A DNA stretch of 62,919 bases, counting the filler. It is 5 parts of 5 records of this genome, joined end to end, with 100 filler letters (N's around TTAATTAATTAA, not from the genome) between each part and the next. Parts side by side here need not be neighbours in the genome. Positions count along the whole stretch, not along the records: positions 50,935 to 56,290 come from SRR2962707_3154; positions 56,391 to 62,919 come from SRR2962707_3163; 3 more parts are not named here. The stretch is one strand, 5' to 3'. The notes beneath the pieces are model-generated. The model was not told the origin of the DNA. It saw only the letters and a list, made by a program, of their open reading frames with translations, and ran no database searches. The first letter of the stretch is position 1. The number at the start of each line of letters is the position of its first letter. The translations under genes and the position numbers were made by a program. Shown here piece after piece: positions 52,459 through 60,213 of the stretch.

Positions 52459-52517
52459 CGTTTGGGTGGGGGACTGCTTTAATTATGCCGGTATTTGCAG
52501 CAGTCATCGGGAACGTC

Positions 52518-52913
52518 ATGGATCAGATAACCAGTGGCCAGAAACCTGTTCGCGTCCTCATCGTCGATGATGATGAGTTGATGATGCGGGTGGTCAGGGC
52601 GGCTGTTGAAGCGCTTGATTGTGAAATCGTTGGCGAAGCCCATGATGGTGCCAAAGGGCTGGCCATGTATAAAGAATTCCAGCCCGATCTGGTTCTGCTG
52701 GATATCGTCATGCCGAATATGACGGGGCTTGAGGTGCTGGAGCAGATGGGCAGCAATGCCTACGTCGTGATGATCACGTCGCTCGACACCGACGATGCCG
52801 TTGAAGATTCAATGATCGGCGGCGCCAGGGATTATCTTCGCAAGAACATGTCCGTTAAGGAAATGGTCGCACGGCTCGAACGCCACGTTGAGCGTTTGTC
52901 CAAAGTCAGCTGA
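52518..52913 (+). CDS. Single-domain response regulator (CheY-like receiver)
   Basis: VLIVDDD, LLDIVMP, ITS and DYLRK; no output domain. Confidence 0.9.
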   Translation: MDQITSGQKPVRVLIVDDDELMMRVVRAAVEALDCEIVGEAHDGAKGLAMYKEFQPDLVLLDIVMPNMTGLEVLEQMGSNAYVVMITSLDTDDAVEDSMIGGARDYLRKNMSVKEMVARLERHVERLSKVS

Positions 52914-52941
52914 TATACGTTCTCCGGACGCAGGGGGGAGC

Positions 52942-53766
52942 ATGCAGTTCGCGCACACGGATGTGGCCGGCTATCACTGGACCACAAACCCCAATGACCA
53001 GTACATCGGCACGTCACTGCAGACCTATGGTGAATGGTCATATGGTGAAGTTGATCTCCTGACGAAGAACCTTGCCGTTGACGCCTGCGTCGTCGAGGTC
53101 GGCTCGAACATCGGTGCGCATACGGTGCCGCTCGCCCGTCATCTTTCAGAAGGCCGCCTTATCGCCTTTGAGCCGCAACGGCTATGTTTTCAGATGCTGT
53201 GTGCGAACATCATCAACAACGACTGCAGCAATGTGGCAGCCTACAACATGGCGGTCGGGGATACCTGCGGCAGTACGGTCATGGCTGATATAGATCCTGC
53301 ACGACCGTTCAATTTCGGCGGGGTCGGCGTCCGGCAGGATGCCATCGACCCGAAGGGAGCTATGGCCGTGGGGCAGACGCCCGTGGTCAGGCTCGATGAC
53401 ATGATCGGCGATACGCTGGCCGTTGATCTGATCAAGTGCGATGCAGAGGGGATGGAGGCTCTCGTCTTGGAAGGGGCGAGGGAACTGATCAGCAGGGATC
53501 TTCCCGTTCTCTATCTGGAAGATGACCGCCCGGCACTGACACCGGCGTTGTATGAAAAAATCCGCGGTTTCGATTATCAGGTCTGGTGGCATCCGGTGCC
53601 GCTGTTCAGGGCCGACAACCTTGCCGGAGTTTCAGAGAACATTTTTCCGAACATCTATTCCTTCAATCTGATCTGTGCGCATGAATCAAAGACACTCCAT
53701 GTCGAAGGACTGCAAAAACTGGACAGTCTGGAAATGCACCCGTTACTGAAAAACGCTGCCCCCTGA
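52942..53766 (+). CDS. FkbM family methyltransferase
   Basis: YGEWS..E, EVGSNIGAHT, AFEPQ and IKCDAEGME; GGAG RBS. Confidence 0.9.
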   Translation: MQFAHTDVAGYHWTTNPNDQYIGTSLQTYGEWSYGEVDLLTKNLAVDACVVEVGSNIGAHTVPLARHLSEGRLIAFEPQRLCFQMLCANIINNDCSNVAAYNMAVGDTCGSTVMADIDPARPFNFGGVGVRQDAIDPKGAMAVGQTPVVRLDDMIGDTLAVDLIKCDAEGMEALVLEGARELISRDLPVLYLEDDRPALTPALYEKIRGFDYQVWWHPVPLFRADNLAGVSENIFPNIYSFNLICAHESKTLHVEGLQKLDSLEMHPLLKNAAP

Positions 53767-53770
53767 TGTC

Positions 53771-54457
53771 ATGGTAATTTCCGACCGGCATCGATATCTG
53801 TACTTCGTTATCCCGAAATGCGGTTCGGCAACGGTCCGGCATGCGCTCGAACCCTATACGGACATCGGTTATCCGGTGTCCGCATTTGAAGAGCATGTCA
53901 CCATCGAAAAATTCCTGAAGAAATACGACCAGGAAAACCGGTTTGATCGCTACCTGAAGTTCACCTTTGTCAGGAATCCCTATGACCGGCTGTATTCCGG
54001 GTTTCGCCAGGACATGACCGCATCGACCCGCTGGAAGCAGTGGATCGCGGCAAAAAAGCCGATCTTTGACGAAATCGGGGACGATTTTAACGCCTACATG
54101 GAGCGCTTTGTGGCCCGTGCCGATCTCCGCAATGCGTGGGACTGGATCTGTTTCTGTCCGATGGTGGCGTTTACGCATCGAGACGGGCGGCGGGTGGTCG
54201 ACTGGTTCGGCCGAACCGAGCGGCTGCAACAGGACATCGACACACTCGCCCGGAAACTCGATATCGAAATCGGTGAACTTGGGACGCATAACATGCGCAA
54301 TCCGGATGTCCGCAAACCCATGAGCGAGCCGCTGTATCTGGGTCATTACACGCGTCAGACGGTGGCCCTGGTCAACGATCTTTATGCCGAGGATTTTGAA
54401 GCCTTCGGCTATCCCATGCTCAATCCGGATGATTTTCCGGCAAGGCTTTCATCTTAG
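53771..54457 (+). CDS. Sulfotransferase family 2 (PAPS-dependent) protein
   Basis: 5'-PSB IPKCGSAT, 3'-PB FVRNPYDRLYS and C-terminal YAEDFEAFGY. Confidence 0.88.
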   Translation: MVISDRHRYLYFVIPKCGSATVRHALEPYTDIGYPVSAFEEHVTIEKFLKKYDQENRFDRYLKFTFVRNPYDRLYSGFRQDMTASTRWKQWIAAKKPIFDEIGDDFNAYMERFVARADLRNAWDWICFCPMVAFTHRDGRRVVDWFGRTERLQQDIDTLARKLDIEIGELGTHNMRNPDVRKPMSEPLYLGHYTRQTVALVNDLYAEDFEAFGYPMLNPDDFPARLSS

Positions 54458-54549
54458 TGATCAGTTTGCCAATGACGCTTTTCAAGTGCATCTGCCATCC
54501 CTAGTATTTTTTCAATGCCGAGACATAACGGCGCTGAAATGGATTTGGG

Positions 54550-56187
54550 ATGGAAACTTTTGATTACGTGATCGTCGGCGCTGGATCGGCCGGCAGTGTG
54601 CTCGCCAACAGGCTGGGCGAAGACCCGAATGTCAGCATTTGCGTGCTTGAAGCCGGGCCCCGTGACCTGAGCCCCTTCATCCATATACCGGCCGGATTTA
54701 TCTATACGATCAAGGACCCGAAGGTGAACTGGCTGTACGGTACCGAACCGACGGAATGGACCGCCGGACGGTCCATCCCGCAACCGCGCGGCAAGACATT
54801 GGGCGGCTCGAGTTCGATCAACGGGCATATCTATACCCGTGGTAACCGCATGGATTACGATGGTTGGGCGCAGCGCGGCAACCGCGGCTGGGGCTATGCG
54901 GATGTGCTGCCCTATTTCAAACGCTCTGAACGCCGGGTGGGTGAGGGCGATGATACCTTTCGGGGGCGTGAAGGACCGCTGACCGTCACCGATATCGACT
55001 GGTCGCACCCTTTGACGGACGCCTTTATCGAAGGTGTGCAGACCATGGGCATTCCCAGGGCCGCCGATTACAACGGCGCCAAACAGGAAGGGGTGACCTA
55101 TTCGCAGCGCACCATCGCCGGCGGACGCCGGATGTCGACGGCGCGTGCCTTTCTGCGCCCGGCACTGAAACGCGGCAATGTCCGGGTCATTACCGGCGCC
55201 CATGCCACGCAAGTCATTCTTGAGGGCAAACGGGCGACCGGTATTGCCTATAAAAAAGGTGGCCGGAACGGCAAGTCCATGCAGGTCATGGCGCGGCGTG
55301 AGGTCATTCTGTCCGGCGGGACCATCAATTCCCCGCAGTTGCTGCAGCTTTCAGGTATCGGGCCGCCGGACCTGCTGCGGTCTCTCGGGATCGAGGTCAG
55401 GCATGCGCTGCCGGGCGTTGGTGAAAACCTGCGTGATCATTACGCGCCGCGCTTCACGGCCCGGGTCAAGAATATCTCGACCCTGAACGAACGGACCAAG
55501 GGCCTCAAGCTGCTGAGTGAAATCGCCCGCTGGGGGATGACCCGGAAGGGGATTCTGTCCCTCAGTCCGACGCTGATCTATTGCTTCTGGCGCTCGAATC
55601 CGGACCTCGACAACAACGATGTGCAGTTCACCTTCACGCCCGCGAGTTACAAGGAAGGGGTCCAGTCCGAGCTTGATGACTTTCCCGGCATGACCATCGC
55701 CTCATGGCAGCAGCGCCCCGAAGCCAGTGGATATGTCCGCGCGACATCGTCTGATCCGTTCGAGAAACCGGTTATCAATCCCCGCTATCTTGAACACGAT
55801 ACCGACCGCCAGGTGCTGTTGTCGGCCATGAAACTGGCGCGCCGGATGCTACAAACCGAACCGATGCAGCCTTATTTCGATCACTGGATCTATCCCGGCG
55901 AGGATATCCAGTCGGATGATGAACTGCTGCACGTCGCCAAGGAACGGGGCACGACAACCTTCCATCCCATGGGCACGTGCCGCATGGCCCCCAGAAGCGA
56001 TCCGACGGCCGTCGTTGATGATCAGCTTAGGGTCTATGGGCTTGAAGGTCTGCGGGTGATCGATGCGTCGATCATGCCGATGATGCCGTCGGCAAACCTG
56101 AATGCACCGACCATCATGATCGCCGAAAAGGCTTCCGACATGATCCGCGGCAAGGAACCGCCCGAGCCGGTGATCCTGAAGGATTGA
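54550..56187 (+). CDS. GMC family FAD oxidoreductase (choline dehydrogenase-like)
   Basis: GAGSAG, PRGKTLGGSSSING, VGENLRDH, HPMGTCRM and NLNAPTIMIAEK. Confidence 0.93.
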   Translation: METFDYVIVGAGSAGSVLANRLGEDPNVSICVLEAGPRDLSPFIHIPAGFIYTIKDPKVNWLYGTEPTEWTAGRSIPQPRGKTLGGSSSINGHIYTRGNRMDYDGWAQRGNRGWGYADVLPYFKRSERRVGEGDDTFRGREGPLTVTDIDWSHPLTDAFIEGVQTMGIPRAADYNGAKQEGVTYSQRTIAGGRRMSTARAFLRPALKRGNVRVITGAHATQVILEGKRATGIAYKKGGRNGKSMQVMARREVILSGGTINSPQLLQLSGIGPPDLLRSLGIEVRHALPGVGENLRDHYAPRFTARVKNISTLNERTKGLKLLSEIARWGMTRKGILSLSPTLIYCFWRSNPDLDNNDVQFTFTPASYKEGVQSELDDFPGMTIASWQQRPEASGYVRATSSDPFEKPVINPRYLEHDTDRQVLLSAMKLARRMLQTEPMQPYFDHWIYPGEDIQSDDELLHVAKERGTTTFHPMGTCRMAPRSDPTAVVDDQLRVYGLEGLRVIDASIMPMMPSANLNAPTIMIAEKASDMIRGKEPPEPVILKD

Positions 56188-56203
56188 ATGGTTCAACTTC
56201 CTT

Positions 56204-56290
56204 CGTCATCCTGAACTAGATTCAGGATCCATAATTTTATGGTCTCGTCGTAGTTTGACGTTATGGGCCCTGAATCAAGTTCAGGGCGAC
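56204..56290. repeat. CGTC-tagged REP-like inverted doublet
   Basis: 30-nt arms GTCATCCTGAACTAGATTCAGGATCCATAA (56205-56234) and TTATGGGCCCTGAATCAAGTTCAGGGCGAC (56261-56290) in inverted orientation; each arm is itself a hairpin. Confidence 0.8.
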
Positions 56291-56390
56291 NNNNNNNNNN
56301 NNNNNNNNNNNNNNNNNNNNNNNNNNNNNNNNNNTTAATTAATTAANNNNNNNNNNNNNNNNNNNNNNNNNNNNNNNNNNNNNNNNNNNN
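56291..56390. other. Artificial contig spacer
   Basis: N44-TTAATTAATTAA-N44. Confidence 0.98.
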
Positions 56391-56525
56391 ACTGAGTGAC
56401 GGAGTGACTGAGTGACTGAGCGACTGAGTTACTGAGTGACTGGAGTGACTGAGCGACTGAGTGACTGAGCGCCTGAGTGACGAGTGACTGAGCGACTGAG
56501 TGAACCTGTGAACGTTAGTCACTCA
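56391..56525. repeat. Imperfect 8-bp tandem repeat (GAGTGACT/GAGCGACT)n with one inverted unit
   Basis: About 14 units from 56391 to ~56503; AGTCACTCA at 56517-56525 is the reverse complement of TGAGTGACT. Confidence 0.85.
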
Positions 56526-56690
56526 CAATCTGCTCTGCTTTGAATCGTTTGCGCGTTCTTTTTTTTTTCTTTCCTTTCTTTCAAATGCCTCTTTCGAAAA
56601 CACATTGGCCTCAATGTCTGTGCATCAATAGCTGCATCCACTGCTGTGCACAGGCTGCATATTCTAACTCCCTCCCTCCCACATGTACAG

Positions 56691-59600
56691 CTTCGAGAAA
56701 GAAACTTTGCCTCAGAGTACACGCGATGTTCTTTCTCCAGGCGCAGCTGCCGCTGCAGTCCTTAAGCCAGTACGTTGGAGCACTCCACGCGCGCACTCGA
56801 CCCCGCAGCACGTGGTTGACGCGCTGGTTCAACGAGCTGCTCACTCTGAAATGCAGTTGGAGGATGCCTTGAAGGAGTTGCAGACGAAAACAGCGGAGAT
56901 CGAACAAACTCGGCGTCAGCGAGAATCTTGGGAAGCTGCAGCGAATGCTTCCAAAGAGCTTCCCAACGGACGGTGGCAGACTGCGCTCCAACAGGCCAAC
57001 CACGAACCGCACCGCGGCCACAGGACGGACGGGAGTACCAGGGGGGGCAGCTTTGAGCACGCTGCGCCACCGTATGGCGTGCCGCAGCAACACTCGCAGC
57101 AGCAGCATTGGCATTACACCTCAGGAAGCGACGTCGAGGCGTCACCTCGCAATACGGCGTGGATGCAGGGATATGAAGCGCCGACGGGTTACTCACTCGG
57201 ACCTGCGCCTCCACCAGCGTATTCGAATGCGGTGCATGCGTTACACACGTTCCCACACGCCGTGCCGCACGCTGCCGCCCCCGCCATTGACCCGAACAGC
57301 TTTGCAGTTCGACAACCACCTTTCTCAAGCCCAGCGGCTCTGCCGTGGCCGACGAGTGATATGTACTCGCTTGTCGCGGCAGTGCAGCAGTACAATGACC
57401 AGTTGGCACAGCAAGAGTTGCGCGTGAGTCAACTTTCTCGCGGAATGGACATGATGCGCAACATCGCTCTTTCCAATGCAAAAGCCAGCGAACTGCGCAC
57501 TGGTGACGGTCGGGGGCTTGACCATGCTCAATTGCTGAGTGGCGCTGATTCTGCCGTTGTTGATCATATCCGGGCACTGGAACACGAGCTGGAGCGAGAA
57601 AAACGTGGCCGTCAGCAAACCCAAGCGCAAATTCGGTTGCTCATGAAACATAAACATTTGAACCAAGCAAAGCTGGTGAATCAAAAGAAGAATGCGAGAC
57701 GGAAGCGAACCAAAAGTCCTCGTGGACGGCAGCTGGAGTTGGTGTCCGATACGTCGGATAACGAAACCGGCTCGGACTGGGATCGGCCAGTGTGGAGTAG
57801 CTTGTCGCCTATTGGCCGCCGACGCGTCAAGTCGAGGAGCAATGGAGCACGAGCTATGCAGGGTCGCGACGGATCTAGAAGCAGTACCGTCGCTCGGAAC
57901 CTTGACACCGGATCGCCGCACTTTTCACGCCTGAACCCATCGAGATCAGATAGTGCGCGTGTAGTGCCTGGCGGGCAACGCATACCATTACAACAGCAAC
58001 GTTTTCAAGGTTTTGCAAGACAAGATTTGCTGCATCCAAAGCAGCATGAGAAACTTTCCCGTTCGCGGAAATCAAAGGTTACTGCCGAAAGACCCTACGC
58101 TGAGCGGTTTCGTACGTCTCCGAACCTAGGCAACCTGCCTTCCCAAGCCCGGGCCACTCATTCATCAATTACAAGCAATAAAGGTGCGAAGCACGTGCAT
58201 GGTCCAGCGTTAAGCTGATTCGTATGGTCTGCATTGTTGATGTGTCTGAAACTCGCTTGAATTTGCTTCGGGCACAGCACCTCCGGTTCCGAGGCGCCAA
58301 TCCCCGCAGGATCGGGGTGGCGGGCTGGGCCAAAAACTGCAGGGTCGAAAGTTTCACGCGTTGCCAGAACCTCCACCAACTGACGAGTTCACAGATTCGT
58401 CAGCAGCATCCTATCGGACCGTGGTTGATCGTCATTCGCCAAAAGCTGAGGCATGGACCAACGGAGAAGAAGAATCCAAGACCGTCCTGCAGTCTGGAAT
58501 TAAGCCGGTTGACCAGTCATTTACAGAGCTACGCGGCCATCTTCGACACATTGAAGAAGTGATGCAATCCTGGGGAAGCGATTCAGAGCCCACGTTGCAA
58601 GGTTAGCAGTTTGACTCGCGCAACGCGGGGGTCATGGACAAGCGTGGCGTTCGCAGCCGTCGTGCCGTGGCACGGATGACTTGTGTGTATGCTTCTCCTA
58701 CCCAAGCGCCGCAATCAACATTTTATTGTAATTTGCAGGTACAACTGCATCGGCGCAGCGCGGAAATATCCAGCGAAGACGCCGTTCCCCACAACCGGAG
58801 CCCGTAAGCGCATCCAGTCACTCATCGTGGGATGCGCCTCCGTCGGCCTCTCCGTCCGTGTCGCCTCGTGCCCGACGTTTAGAGCGTCCGGTATCACGGG
58901 GACGCGAAGCAGCTACGTTATGCGAGATTCTGGATTTACCACCTGGGTTTGTTGCTTGCAATGATTGCCTGTCGCATTGGCGTTGCATGTGTGTGCTTGT
59001 TTCAATGGTTTCTGTGACTTGATTGCAGGCGTTTTGTACACGTTCACGCGGATCCGGGGCCTTTGGGGTGTTTCATGTTAGAGGTGGTCTTTAACAACCA
59101 TGTAACGATCATTGTTGAAACGTTGGCAGCTCACTCACAGCCTGGCTTCAAAGAAGGAGACATTGTTGTGTCTGTCAACAACATCAAAATCATCGACAAA
59201 GGTGCGTTGTGGGCGTGTCCTTCTTCATTAATAATCAAGTTGTTTCGAAATTTGCCTTACCAACATATTTTCTCGTTGAGCAGAAATGGCATTTTTTGAA
59301 GAGCTCGTTGGCAAATCAAGGGCCCGACATTTTGTTCTTTTGCGCAAACTGAGTCCTGCGGACGCAGAACATTACGAAGTGCCGCTTTCCGAAAACAGTT
59401 CCGACGTAGCGGACGACTCCAAACCTGGTGCGGTTGCCAACGGTCCTTCAATGCGCATGCGCACACCACGCAGCCCAAAATTATCGAACCGCAATGTGTA
59501 CTGCCTCTTTGACTTCGTCCCAACCGCCATCGACGAAGTGGGCCTTCGTGCGGGTGATCGCGTAGAAGTGATGGATACCCAAGATGCTGACGGTTGGGTG

Positions 59601-60085
59601 CAAGTGCGTGGCCATGTTTCCGTGTCCTTTTCACGTTCATTTGGCTTCTTTGTTATCGCCCCTGGGCAGATGCTGATCGAGTGGCTGCAATGGGATTGTA
59701 GATACGGCAGCTAACATCCAGTTCCACATCTTTGCCGGTATCAATCGTGTTCTTTGTGCACGTGCTTTGCGTAGTTGAAAATTATGCAGCTGAATTAGTG
59801 ATTGTGCGCATGTGTTGGTGTTGGCAGACGACTGGAAAAGTTCCTTTGGCATTTTTGGCTGAGGACACGAAACTTCGTGCGTACGAAACGGTGGTGATGG
59901 CTTTAACTGACGCATCCCCGGATTCAGAACTTCAGTTTCGTCAGGGCCAGTACATTATAGCCACAATGGATGACGAAAACCCCGGAAGCACACGAGACGA
60001 TCGTATGGGCAAGGCTCACGGCAGACTGCCAGATGGCTCTCAAGGAATGTTTGACAAAAAATGTGTCGTTGTCGTCGACGCGTAG
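56691..60085 (+). CDS. Eukaryotic multi-exon gene: coiled-coil/disordered region, PDZ, SH3, SH3 (probably 5' truncated)
   Basis: Phase-consistent GT-AG model: exons 56691-58183, 58278-58601, 58739-58946, 59029-59201, 59284-59603, 59702-59737, 59828-60085. PDZ: DPGPLG...GDIVVSVNN. SH3: CLFDF...EVGLRAGD...GW...GKVP. Second SH3: ELQFRQG...GSQGMF. Branch point CTAAC, pyrimidine tract and CAG precede 56691. Confidence 0.75.
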
Positions 60086-60213
60086 AACACAGTCGCGCAG
60101 AACACAATATCCCTGTGAGCACCACTGCATTAATTACCACAAGTTCTCATGTGCCGATCACAATTTAGACAGTAAACTTCTGCGCTGAGTGTGATTCCAT
60201 GTGCCCATCAACA

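Noticed and set aside
54550-56187. betA assignment
   Set aside because: Only general GMC motifs are recognisable and no betB/betI is nearby; substrate left open.
56391-56525. CRISPR array or telomere
   Set aside because: Units are 8 bp with no unique spacers and there are no cas genes. Units are heterogeneous, lack the G-run of telomeric repeats, and lie just upstream of a splice acceptor.
56683-58218. 511-aa ORF as a stand-alone bacterial or viral gene
   Set aside because: It is bounded by a branch point/pyrimidine tract/CAG and a GT donor, and splices in phase to downstream PDZ/SH3 exons.
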